A stretch of 64,000 nt of DNA from Poseidonia sp. (lineage in GTDB: Archaea; Thermoplasmatota; Poseidoniia; Poseidoniales; Poseidoniaceae): positions 95 to 64,094 of the forward strand of contig JAUREJ010000008.1 in assembly GCA_030827475.1 (NCBI GenBank), in the 5' to 3' direction. The position numbers and the translations under genes were made by a program. Positions 9,495 through 18,336 of the stretch are shown here, piece after piece. How positions within the stretch are numbered: position 1 is the stretch's first letter; each line of letters opens with the position of its first letter. Under the pieces are notes generated by a model that was given only the letters and a program-made list of their open reading frames with translations, had not been told where the DNA came from and ran no database searches.

Positions 9495-11009
9495 TCAATA
9501 ACCCAGATTTTGCTGGCCACATACCGGGCAAAACCGCCAGTACGGGTCGAGGCCAACACCGCATCCACGGCAATGAACGCCCGAATGAATGGTGGGTTGT
9601 ACCAAGGGGCGCTGAGGAGGTTGCTGCCACCCTTGTTGGGGAGGGGGTTGCTGCCATCCCTGCTGAGGTGGCGGCTGTTGCCACGCTTGTTGATTTGGTA
9701 CCGGTTGTTGGACGGGAGGTTGGTTCAACGGCGGTGGTCGTTGCTGAACCGGTTGTCCTGTGTTTTGTCCGGTGTTGCCCAACGGTCGACGAACCGGAGC
9801 CACCGGTTTGGGAAGCGAAGCCGTCTTTTCAGCGGCGGGGGAAGAGATGAATTCCGAAAGTGACACCACGCCGTCGCCATCGGTGTCCGCCTCGGCGTGC
9901 AAAGCCGCAGCTTCTTCGACGGTCGTGCCGGTGGCTCGGGCCAATTCTTCAACGTCCAAAGCCCCGCTACCATCTTCATCGGCAGCGATGAAATGTTCCG
10001 CAGCACTGACGAATTCCTCCTCATCGCCTTGCGCACCAACCTCTTCTTCCACGGGTTCAACCGAGATGTCTGGCACCTCCGGTTCAGCAGGTTGAGAATC
10101 CGGAAGAAGTTGCGAACCAAAGGCTCCGGAAAACGCATCTTGTGCTGCCCGAGCCACCTCCCGTTCGTTTTCCACGTTCACGGGAGTTTCGGCCTTCACC
10201 GGTACCTCAACCTTCGGCAGGGCCACCGTTGAGGAAGGAAGCGGCACGGGTGATTCGGGTTGAACCACCGGTGCAGAGGGTTCGGCGCCCGGAAGCGGAA
10301 CACCTTTGGGGGCGGAAGGGACAGAAGGTTCGGGAATTGGAGGAGTGGGTGCAGCCTGGACTTCAGCAGGTTCAGGGGCTTTCGGTCGTTCAAGACCTTC
10401 GGGGATTTCCACGGTCGCAGCTGAAGCGGAACCGCTGGCCAGAGAAGCGATGGGAGCGACATGTCCGGCGACGTCGAGCGCAGCGTCGAGTTCTTTGTTG
10501 ACCGTGACAAGAGCGTCCACCGACCCGCCGACATTGGCAAGCATGCCGTCAAGCGTGTTGAGGTACTTCAGCACTTCAGCGCCACCTCCTGTTTGGTGCG
10601 CCACGGCGAACAATTTCATCATCCGCATGGGGTCTGCAAGACCTTCCAACTGGGATTTTTGCTCACCGTCGAGGGAACCGATGGTCTCACCACCAGCGGC
10701 ACCGCTGGAATCGGGCATGCCGAGGCTTTGCAGGAGCGGGTCGGGCAGGCTCATCAAGCCGAGGTGACCTGCAACGAGGTAGTAGATCTCCCCGCCTTCG
10801 CACTGCATGCGTTCGCTGGCTGCTTCAAAATCAAAATCACCGGGTCGTAAAACGATGTCTGAAAGCACATCAAAAAACTGCACCATGGCTTGGTCTCGAG
10901 GCATCGCCATCATGGCATGAAGCACGTCAGAGGATTCCGTGACACCGAAATAGGCCGCGGCTTCATCCACCTCGATGGCGGTGGGATTTCCAGTGGCTCC
11001 ATCGCTCAT
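9495..11009 (-). CDS. cytosolic EF-hand pair / Pro-Gln-Trp repeat / C-terminal zinc-ribbon protein
   Basis: 504 aa with no signal peptide. Two canonical EF-hand loops, DEDGSGALDVEE and DTDGDGVVSLSE (nt 9846-10004). C-terminal CRGCG...CPVCG (nt 9519-9572). SD GGAGG lies 7 nt upstream of the ATG at 11009, 58 nt downstream of the giant adhesin gene. Confidence 0.75.
   Translation of the reverse strand: MSDGATGNPTAIEVDEAAAYFGVTESSDVLHAMMAMPRDQAMVQFFDVLSDIVLRPGDFDFEAASERMQCEGGEIYYLVAGHLGLMSLPDPLLQSLGMPDSSGAAGGETIGSLDGEQKSQLEGLADPMRMMKLFAVAHQTGGGAEVLKYLNTLDGMLANVGGSVDALVTVNKELDAALDVAGHVAPIASLASGSASAATVEIPEGLERPKAPEPAEVQAAPTPPIPEPSVPSAPKGVPLPGAEPSAPVVQPESPVPLPSSTVALPKVEVPVKAETPVNVENEREVARAAQDAFSGAFGSQLLPDSQPAEPEVPDISVEPVEEEVGAQGDEEEFVSAAEHFIAADEDGSGALDVEELARATGTTVEEAAALHAEADTDGDGVVSLSEFISSPAAEKTASLPKPVAPVRRPLGNTGQNTGQPVQQRPPPLNQPPVQQPVPNQQAWQQPPPQQGWQQPPPQQGWQQPPQRPLVQPTIHSGVHCRGCGVGLDPYWRFCPVCGQQNLGY
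9612..9692 (-). repeat. imperfect 27-nt tandem repeat x3 encoding (W)QQPPPQQG
   Basis: Protein reads QAWQQPPPQQGWQQPPPQQGWQQPPQ. The DNA shows three similar units (ggttgctgccacccttgttgggg...). Confidence 0.7.
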
Positions 11010-11067
11010 GGTTTATCCTCCCTCTTCCGTCCAAACCTGACCTTCATTTAAGACCTCATGACCGATG

Positions 11068-14000
11068 TCAAGCCGCCTTGTTTTTCGCAAGGTTGCAAAT
11101 CGCTCGAGACTGCTCCGCAGTCCACCCTGTTTCTTGAAGTTGCATCAGCACGCTGCGCTCTTGGTCACCGTCTGCAATTGCACCCATCACCCATTCCACG
11201 GCGGATTCTCGGTCAGCACGTTGCCAGTCCTCAAAGATGCTCAAATCAACCTGAATCTTCGCCTTTCGAACCTTCGCTGAGGAGGCCTCAACGACCGAAT
11301 TCACCGACTTTTTCTTCGCCACTTTTTGCACGGGCTCTGGTTTTGCCGACGACTCCTGATCCGGGCCGCTTTGAGGGGGGCCGCCTCCGCCACGCTTTGG
11401 CGGGCCTGCATTGGCTTTGGGAGGGCCACCCGGGCCGGCTCGTGAAGGAGAAGGACGGCTGTTGGCAGGTCCGCGGGGCTCGCCAGAGTTTGACGATGGT
11501 GCAGGGCGTGAACGAGCGGGAGCGGCCCGTTTTGCATCCAACTTATCGAGGAAACTCTCCTCATTGTCGTCGTCAAAGAATTCATCGTAGGCATCATCAT
11601 CTTCGTCATCGTCCTCACGGCCTGAGCGCAACACTACGAGAAGACCCAACAAGATGACGAGCCCGACCGCTCCACCGGCGACCATCAGCATGCCAGCATC
11701 CAATCCAAACAATCCAGCATCACCATCGCCGGAGACCGCTACGTAGGGGCAACCGTCGTCGTACCCGTCAACGCCTTTCGGATCGTTAGGGCAGTTGTCC
11801 TCATTGTCCTTGACACCGTCATAATCCGAGTCCCGTTCGGAGGGATGACACCCGTCCCCGTCCAGTTGGCCCAACAGGCCCGAAAGCGTGGTTGGGCAGA
11901 GGTCAGCGTTGGTGGCACCTTCGATAAATTCGCCGGGCCAGCTTGGGTCACGGTGTGGGGTCCACGATGCGTCACCCCAGTTGTCACCCAAGCCATCGAA
12001 ATCAGAATCTTTCCATTGCGTGGGGTTGTTTTGGAGGGTTTCCGGTTCCAAGAAGTCGGCCCAACCGTCGCCGTCATCGTAACAACCAGGGACGTCCATG
12101 AACGACGTACCTGCTTCGGCCGAGCAGAAGTCAGCGTTCTGAGCGCCTTGAATAAACACACCCGGCCATGAAGGGTCGCGAGAATTGTTCCACGACACCG
12201 TGCCCCAATTGTCCCCAAGACCATCTCCATCGGAGTCAAACCATTGGGTGGGGTCAGACGGGAAGGCATCGCCGGTTTGGTTGACATGAAGCCCCGTGAT
12301 GGGGTCAATGTCGTAACTGTATGCACCAGCAAAACCGTCGCCATCGATGTCCTCGGTCAATGCACTCTCGTCGGTGCAGCCATTTTCAAGAATCGGGAAG
12401 CCGGGTGGCGTGTCGTCACAGGCATCGTCAAGGTCCGACAACCCGTCTCCGTCGCTGTCGCGTTGGGCCTGTGAACAACCGAATTCGTCAACGCTTTCGC
12501 CCACCTCCGTGTTGGGACAACGGTCCTCGGGGTCGTTCAAGCCGTCCCCGTCCGAGTCTGAAGTTCGTTGCTCAGCGCTGCAACCATCTCCGTCGACCGT
12601 CACGCCCGTCGGCGTCTCGGAACAGAGGTCATCATTGTTCTTGACGCCGTCTTCGTCGTCGTCCAACTCGGATTGAGCGCATCCGTCCTCGTTGACCACC
12701 TCACCAGCCGGACTGTTGGGGCAGATGATATCGAGATCGTTGATCAGGCCGTCCCCGTCGTTGTCTTGAAGGTCAATGACGCGGCAACCCACACCGTTCG
12801 TTCCGTTGAAAACGCCGAATTCAAACGGACATTCATCCGCGTTTTCGCCCAGAGGGTTATCGCCAAACCCGTCCCCGTCCGTGTCAGAGGTCTGCGTTTT
12901 GTCAAGAGGGAAGGCGTCACCAATCTGATTTTCTCGCAGACCGCTGGTTTGGTTTGTCTCGTAGGCGTATTGGTCGGTGAAGCCATCGCCGTCCGAATCA
13001 AGACATCCGTAGACCGGCACCGTGGAATTGCCCCAAACTTCTGGGCACTGGTCCAATTCAAGACCTTCTTTGTACGAGGTTTTGGGGAACGTGAGGTTGG
13101 CTGCTTGGTCCTCGTCGCACCCGTTTGGACCAATCGGAAGCGAGGGGTCGGATTCAACGCACATGTCGTTGAGGTTGATGACTCCGTCGTTGTCGTCGTC
13201 CATCGTGGCAAAGGCCGTCCAATTGTCGGCATAGCCATCGCCATCCGTGTCGTTTGCCGCCACGATGCGCAGTGGGAAACGGTCGGGGAGCGTGGCGTTC
13301 TCGGATTGGTTATCACCGAAGCCGTCACCGTCGGTGTCGGTCCATTGCGTCGGGTCAAAAGGCCAAACATCAGCGCCAAGTTCGATGTTCCATTCAAAGA
13401 ACGTCCCCTCGTCTGAAGGGTCACTTGCGCCATCCCCGTCGGAGTCCAGACAACCGTTTCGGTCTCGCCACGAAGCGCCCCAGTCCCAAGGGCAGAAGTC
13501 GCCGTACACCGTATCGGTGTCGTTATCGCCAAAGCCATCCCCGTCGTAATCAGCGTATTGCGAAGCGATGTAAGGGAACAAATCTCCGGGACCGGCGTTC
13601 GGGTCCAACTCAACGGAACAACAGTCCACGCCGTGATTGTCACCAAACCCGTCACCATCGGTGTCGAGCGCTTGTTTCCAGTTACCTTTGTAGACATCGC
13701 CGTCAAAGTATGTGGCCCCGTTGTCTGACCAACCGTCCTGGTCAAGGTCCTCACAACCGTACCGGTCGATCCATGAGGTCCCTCCGGAGGAATCGCAACC
13801 GTCGATGTCATCGGAGAAGCCGTCCATGTCGAAATCCGCGCACCCGTAAACGACGTACGAGGAGGGACCGGCCGCCGAAGGGCACTGGTCGGCAAGCGGT
13901 CCCAGAGGGTTGTCACCGAAACCGTCCCCGTCGCCGTCAGACCATTGGTTTCCAACCGCAGGCATCTCGTCAACCAAGTCAAAAACAAGATCCCGGTCTT

Positions 14001-17000
14001 GGTCGGCGTAAAGTCGAAGAAGAACTGCATCGTTGTTGACTTCGTCCCAATACGCAAGGTGAACGGTCCCGTTGCTGTCAACGACCGCATCCACCGGGTG
14101 GTTGGTCACGATGTCCCCGAAGCGGACGGACATCCAGGGCGCATAACCAGCGTGAACGCCGTCGAGTTCAGCGGTGTTCACCACAAGGTGATTGGATACG
14201 GGGTCGCTGGTCAACAAGAGAAGATGGTCGCCCATGTGGAGAACATCCCAAGCCCCGTCCACCGCAGCAGCCGGTCGTTCGGTCAACGTGACCCAATCAC
14301 CGGTGCTGTTGGGAGCGAGGAGGGAGGAGACGGCGTTTGCCCGAACGGCCAAAAGCGGTTGGTCACCGCCCTCGAGGTCGAGACGGTATTCGTTGGCGGT
14401 GCCGCTGGGTTGCAGCACGGTGTGCGATTGCCAAACGGTGTCGCCTGGCCATTGCTCGTAAAGGGCGAGGGCCCCCGTTGTGCTGAGGGAAGCGAGAAGG
14501 AGAGATCCGTTGGCAAGCGTGGTGAGCCCAAGTTGGGTCCCGTGGTCGGACATGTTGCCGATGGTTTGTTTGATCAGCGTCGTGCCGTTATGCATCCAAA
14601 CCGCAAGGTTGGTGCCGGTGCCGTTGGAAGCGACCAAGGCCACGGCGAGCGTGTCGTTGGCGAGCATAACAGCAGGGTGTTGGGTGGACACCGCTTCCGC
14701 GACGGAGCCCAAGGAGGTCAGCGTCCAACTGCCTCCTCCGGTCGCCCGTTCGAGTTGTCCCGTCGAGGCATGTCGATAGACGAGGTGCGGCACATCGTTG
14801 CTGTCAAACAAGACTTCGATTCCGTTGGCGAGTTGGGCTCCCGTTCGGACCAGGTCGGTGACCCAGCCTGATGCCGTTTGCTCGCTGGCGTAGATTTGTT
14901 GACCTGAACCTGATGTGTAAGCAAGAACTTGTTCGTTGCCCTGATTCACGTTTGAGCCGATGTATTGGCCCATGGTTCCCGTCGTAGCCACGGCTTGTTC
15001 AACCGCCGTCATGGAGCGAGTGGTGTGGAGATGGATGGCATCGTCATCTTCGGTGAGGAGCAGAGGGAGGCCCGAGGATTGAACGTCAAAGCGGATGGAA
15101 AGGTTGCTTGTGGTTGATCGAACCACGGTTTGGTCCACCCATTGGCCTGCGGGTGAACCGTCCATCATGTGTTCCAATTTCGCAGCGTAGGAACGCTGAG
15201 TGTCGTTGAAGGTATAGGCGATGCTCGTTTCTCCGCGGTCTGCCGTCGCCAACTCCAACGCATTGAGTTGTCCTGCATGCTCAAAGGAAATCGATTCCCA
15301 ATCGCGTTCCGACACCACCACGTAATCGAGAGCAAAGGCGCTGCCTCGGTCATCGGTGCGTTGCGAATAGACGAGGTCGCCCAACCCGTCGCCGTTGAGG
15401 TCCCCGCCGGCCGCTAGACGGAAGCCCAGTTGCTCGCTGGAATTTCCTTCTGCAAGCAATTGTTTGTCGGAACGCAAACCGTCGGCCGAACCAAGGAAGA
15501 TTTCGATGCGGCCGGCGTTTGAACCAAGCCGGCTGGTGATGTACACATCGTCGTAACCGTCGTCGTTGATGTCGCCGGCAGCTGCGATCGCTTCACCGAT
15601 TTTCGAGTTCGCCAACGTCGGGAAGTACTGCCAGTCCGCCTCGCTCGGGAAGGCAGAAGATGTTCCATCAAACAACCACAGCACCCCCGTACCGAAGACG
15701 CCGTCGGTGTTGTTGAACGGCTCCGTGATGATGTGTTCGTCGAAGCCGTCCCCGTTGAGGTCCCCCGCACAGACGATACCGTGGCCGAACAAACGACCCT
15801 GGACCAGGGATGAAATGACATGGTCGGGCGTCCCTTGGTATCCAGCGACATCGCCGTAAAAATATTCAATGGAGGAGTAAGAGAGCGGAGATGCATACGA
15901 ACCGGTGTTTGCGACGATGAGTTCAGCAAGGCCGTCCCCGTTCAAATCGCAGCCTTCGAGCGTTCGACCAAACATCGAACCGTCGCCGGTCTGGGTGAGG
16001 TTTCGCACCAACGTAAGCCCAGTTTCGCCACCGTCGTACACGTTGACTTTCCCGGTGTGGGTGACCGATGTACTGACCTCGAGAGCGTAGCCGTGAGCAG
16101 CGCCGGCAAGCCCGTCGGCGGCAGAGTCCTGATGCAAGGTGGTGACGGTGGAACCCAAGGATTCGTTACCGGACCCGTTGATCGTCCATGAAGGTGCGGA
16201 GGGTAGACCTGCTGGCGAGCCCAAATGCACCGTGAGGCGGCCGTCATTTTGGTTGGTAGAACCGCTGAGGTCCCATCCAGGCGCCCCGATGAGAAGGTCC
16301 TCTACACCGTCGTTGTTGTAGTCACCCACGTCAACGCCTTGCCCATAGTGCTCTCCATCCCCGCTTCCCGCAAGAATGGTGCTCGGCACGGCCTCCAATC
16401 CTGCCGAGGAACCGTAGTACACTTCGACACGACCGTTATCGGTGAACCCCACCATGTCTGCGGTGGGGGTGCTGATGAGGAGGTCATCAAACCCGTCGCC
16501 GTTGAAATCGGCCATGGCGATGCTGCCTTCCGCTTCGTCTGCCGTACCTTCACGATGGTCGGTGGGAACGGGGTCGACACGCCCAGTGTCTTGACCGGCA
16601 AGCGAACGAATGAGGTTGATCGAGAAGGTGGAGCCGATTTGGGTGGCTGTAGCGATTTGCTCAATGGCATTTGCGTCGAGATCCATCCCCAGGGCGTCGA
16701 CGAGGGCTGCGTTTCGGTCGAGGATGCTCACGTCGTGCTCACCGTCAGCAATGCGGAGCAAGACCACTTCGTTTGCGGTTGACCGGCTGTAGAGGATGTG
16801 AGCGGTGCCGTTGGCGTCCAACGCCAACTCAAAGTCTTCACCGACAGGACCGGCATCGAGCAGGAAGGTGGTCCAGTAAGCGCCGCTGAAGTTGACCTGA
16901 TGAAGCGCACCGTCCGCAGTCCGCACCAAGCCCCATTCAACCCCGTTTGGCGTGATTTCGAGCTCAATGTGCGTTGGCGAAATGTCTTCAAGAATCGTCC

Positions 17001-17574
17001 GAGTATGCCATGTTGGCCCTTCCCAGTACACTTGGCTCGTCCTTGCAAAACGGCCCACCTTGAGGTCGTCCCCGTCGGCGTAGAGGACACGCGGGAGTTC
17101 GTTGGCCGTAACGGCGATAGCACAATCCACAAGAGCGGAGGTGTTGGCGGAAGCGACGGTGTCGACAAGCGTCGTGCTCCAAAACCCGTTGGGGCGATGA
17201 ATCGCCGTCCGGACCGCTCCCTGCTCGGTCGACCAGCAGTAATGTTCCTTGTCCGTGCGCGTCAGTTTCATGTCGGGTGTCCCGTGATGTTCCGTGCTCG
17301 AGTTGTTCAGCTCCGTTGAAATCCAGTAGTCAAACATGGATTCCTCCCGAACAACAGCATTGTCCAAACCGTCAACGCTGATGGCCGTTCCTGCAAATTC
17401 ATGACTTGAGCCCTCGGTCAACGAGAACGCAGCGTTAAGACGAACGTCCGGATGGGGGGCAAGTTCCTCCATCGTTGCCGCAGGAGGGGCCAGAGGTGTT
17501 GCGAGAGAGCAGAGGAACAGAAGGACGAGAAGGACGCTTTTTGGATCTGAATTTTGATTCGTGGCGTCCGACAT
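11068..17574 (-). CDS. giant type-I surface protein (FG-GAP beta-propeller + thrombospondin type-3 Ca-binding repeats + C-terminal TM + 186-aa cytoplasmic tail)
   Basis: Continuous 2179-codon ORF. Signal-like segment KSVLLVLLFLCSLATPLAPPAA, seven FG-GAP repeats, >15 DxDxDGxxDxxD repeats, TM AGMLMVAGGAVGLVILLGLLVVL followed by RSGREDDDEDDD. Start ATG 17574 is preferred because an AT-rich box lies ~30 nt upstream. ATG 17607 is an alternative. Confidence 0.85.
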   Translation of the reverse strand: MSDATNQNSDPKSVLLVLLFLCSLATPLAPPAATMEELAPHPDVRLNAAFSLTEGSSHEFAGTAISVDGLDNAVVREESMFDYWISTELNNSSTEHHGTPDMKLTRTDKEHYCWSTEQGAVRTAIHRPNGFWSTTLVDTVASANTSALVDCAIAVTANELPRVLYADGDDLKVGRFARTSQVYWEGPTWHTRTILEDISPTHIELEITPNGVEWGLVRTADGALHQVNFSGAYWTTFLLDAGPVGEDFELALDANGTAHILYSRSTANEVVLLRIADGEHDVSILDRNAALVDALGMDLDANAIEQIATATQIGSTFSINLIRSLAGQDTGRVDPVPTDHREGTADEAEGSIAMADFNGDGFDDLLISTPTADMVGFTDNGRVEVYYGSSAGLEAVPSTILAGSGDGEHYGQGVDVGDYNNDGVEDLLIGAPGWDLSGSTNQNDGRLTVHLGSPAGLPSAPSWTINGSGNESLGSTVTTLHQDSAADGLAGAAHGYALEVSTSVTHTGKVNVYDGGETGLTLVRNLTQTGDGSMFGRTLEGCDLNGDGLAELIVANTGSYASPLSYSSIEYFYGDVAGYQGTPDHVISSLVQGRLFGHGIVCAGDLNGDGFDEHIITEPFNNTDGVFGTGVLWLFDGTSSAFPSEADWQYFPTLANSKIGEAIAAAGDINDDGYDDVYITSRLGSNAGRIEIFLGSADGLRSDKQLLAEGNSSEQLGFRLAAGGDLNGDGLGDLVYSQRTDDRGSAFALDYVVVSERDWESISFEHAGQLNALELATADRGETSIAYTFNDTQRSYAAKLEHMMDGSPAGQWVDQTVVRSTTSNLSIRFDVQSSGLPLLLTEDDDAIHLHTTRSMTAVEQAVATTGTMGQYIGSNVNQGNEQVLAYTSGSGQQIYASEQTASGWVTDLVRTGAQLANGIEVLFDSNDVPHLVYRHASTGQLERATGGGSWTLTSLGSVAEAVSTQHPAVMLANDTLAVALVASNGTGTNLAVWMHNGTTLIKQTIGNMSDHGTQLGLTTLANGSLLLASLSTTGALALYEQWPGDTVWQSHTVLQPSGTANEYRLDLEGGDQPLLAVRANAVSSLLAPNSTGDWVTLTERPAAAVDGAWDVLHMGDHLLLLTSDPVSNHLVVNTAELDGVHAGYAPWMSVRFGDIVTNHPVDAVVDSNGTVHLAYWDEVNNDAVLLRLYADQDRDLVFDLVDEMPAVGNQWSDGDGDGFGDNPLGPLADQCPSAAGPSSYVVYGCADFDMDGFSDDIDGCDSSGGTSWIDRYGCEDLDQDGWSDNGATYFDGDVYKGNWKQALDTDGDGFGDNHGVDCCSVELDPNAGPGDLFPYIASQYADYDGDGFGDNDTDTVYGDFCPWDWGASWRDRNGCLDSDGDGASDPSDEGTFFEWNIELGADVWPFDPTQWTDTDGDGFGDNQSENATLPDRFPLRIVAANDTDGDGYADNWTAFATMDDDNDGVINLNDMCVESDPSLPIGPNGCDEDQAANLTFPKTSYKEGLELDQCPEVWGNSTVPVYGCLDSDGDGFTDQYAYETNQTSGLRENQIGDAFPLDKTQTSDTDGDGFGDNPLGENADECPFEFGVFNGTNGVGCRVIDLQDNDGDGLINDLDIICPNSPAGEVVNEDGCAQSELDDDEDGVKNNDDLCSETPTGVTVDGDGCSAEQRTSDSDGDGLNDPEDRCPNTEVGESVDEFGCSQAQRDSDGDGLSDLDDACDDTPPGFPILENGCTDESALTEDIDGDGFAGAYSYDIDPITGLHVNQTGDAFPSDPTQWFDSDGDGLGDNWGTVSWNNSRDPSWPGVFIQGAQNADFCSAEAGTSFMDVPGCYDDGDGWADFLEPETLQNNPTQWKDSDFDGLGDNWGDASWTPHRDPSWPGEFIEGATNADLCPTTLSGLLGQLDGDGCHPSERDSDYDGVKDNEDNCPNDPKGVDGYDDGCPYVAVSGDGDAGLFGLDAGMLMVAGGAVGLVILLGLLVVLRSGREDDDEDDDAYDEFFDDDNEESFLDKLDAKRAAPARSRPAPSSNSGEPRGPANSRPSPSRAGPGGPPKANAGPPKRGGGGPPQSGPDQESSAKPEPVQKVAKKKSVNSVVEASSAKVRKAKIQVDLSIFEDWQRADRESAVEWVMGAIADGDQERSVLMQLQETGWTAEQSRAICNLAKNKAA
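11728..13950 (-). repeat. thrombospondin type-3-like calcium-binding repeat region (protein-level repeats)
   Basis: Approx. aa 1220-1960 of the ORF. Repeated DSDGDGLNDPEDRCP, DNDGDGLINDLDIICP, DTDGDGFGDN, often paired with Cys. Confidence 0.75.
15298..16545 (-). repeat. seven FG-GAP/integrin-alpha-like repeats (protein-level)
   Basis: Approx. aa 355-770 of the ORF. ADFNGDGFDDLLIS, GDYNNDGVEDLLIGAPG, CDLNGDGLAELIVA, GDLNGDGFDEHIIT, GDINDDGYDDVYIT, GDLNGDGLGDLVYS. Confidence 0.7.
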
Positions 17575-17622
17575 GTCCCCTTCACATCCTCCGTCCTTGA
17601 AAATCATTGTTCACCGCGGCCT

Positions 17623-17641
17623 TGACCCCCATAGGGGGTCA
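17623..17641. promoter_or_regulatory. perfect palindrome TGACCCCC-ATA-GGGGGTCA in divergent intergenic region
   Basis: 8-bp arms with a 3-nt spacer. Lies ~50-67 nt upstream of the adhesin ATG (17574) and ~57-75 nt upstream of the TPK ATG (17698). Confidence 0.35.
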
Positions 17642-17697
17642 GCCAATCGACCACTCGAACCGTTGAGTTGAGAAGGAAGGTCCGCCAACCCCCATGC

Positions 17698-18336
17698 ATG
17701 GCCGAGCGCATATGGGTCATCCTCACGGGAGGGGAATGGTGCCCTTTGCACCGTTTGGAGCCTTGGCTTGGCCTCGCCACCTCGGTCGTTGCCTGCGACG
17801 GGGCCTTGAACCTCGCACAAGAACGGGGTGTCCAAGTGAATGTCGTCATGGGCGACATGGACAGCGTGGGTGCTGAGGAGTTGAAAACCCATATCAAGAA
17901 GGGAGGCGAGGTTCAGAAACTCAGTGGACAAAACGACAACGACCTTGCAAAAGCCCTGAGACAGGCTGCTGCAAATGACGTCGAAAGATGCGTGGTGGTT
18001 GGAGCCACCGGCGGGGACCTTCACCATGCTTGGGCCAACCTCTTGGAATGCAGTCGAGCTCCGATGGAGGTGGATTGTCTCGGCCCTCTTGAGGTTCACC
18101 GGTTCATCAAACCGTCCAAGAAGACCTCTATAGAAATTGAACTTGGGTCGGTTTTTTCCATCTTTACGCTGAGCGAAGCACGCGGTGTTTTCCTCCACGG
18201 TGCTGAATGGGAACTGAACGGGACCACCCTCGGGGCAAGTTCCCGTGGACTCCACAATCGAGCGACTGAAACCTCGATCGAAATCGAATTTGAAGCAGGG
18301 CAACTCTTCGTTTTACACGGCTACTTTGACGACTGA
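17698..18336 (+). CDS. thiamine pyrophosphokinase
   Basis: 212 aa from ATG 17698 (the track start at 17668 is TTG). MAERIWVILTGGEW, VACDGA, the GDMDS motif, and a C-terminal beta-sandwich-like half. TTGAGAAGG box at 17668. Confidence 0.8.
   Translation: MAERIWVILTGGEWCPLHRLEPWLGLATSVVACDGALNLAQERGVQVNVVMGDMDSVGAEELKTHIKKGGEVQKLSGQNDNDLAKALRQAAANDVERCVVVGATGGDLHHAWANLLECSRAPMEVDCLGPLEVHRFIKPSKKTSIEIELGSVFSIFTLSEARGVFLHGAEWELNGTTLGASSRGLHNRATETSIEIEFEAGQLFVLHGYFDD

Noticed and set aside
11301-17319. Dozens of 60-450-aa ORFs on both strands inside the giant adhesin gene (e.g. 12568..13416, 12744..14090, 13254..14039, 13945..14871).
   Set aside because: All are nested in a single uninterrupted 2179-codon frame with clear repeat families. 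Their translations are Arg/Pro/Gly/Thr-rich low-complexity strings typical of off-frame reading of GC-rich DNA.
18321-18336. Three convergent gene pairs overlap by exactly 16 nt (18321-18336, 54231-54246, 55764-55779) and two by 4 nt as CTAA (6731-6734, 46244-46247). This could be a designed 3' antisense element.
   Set aside because: The overlapping sequences share no motif beyond the stop codons. Overlap lengths congruent to 1 mod 3 are what one expects when a gene runs on in the stop-poor antisense frame of a GC3-rich neighbour. I read it as genome compaction rather than a specific element, although 3' transcript overlap is real.
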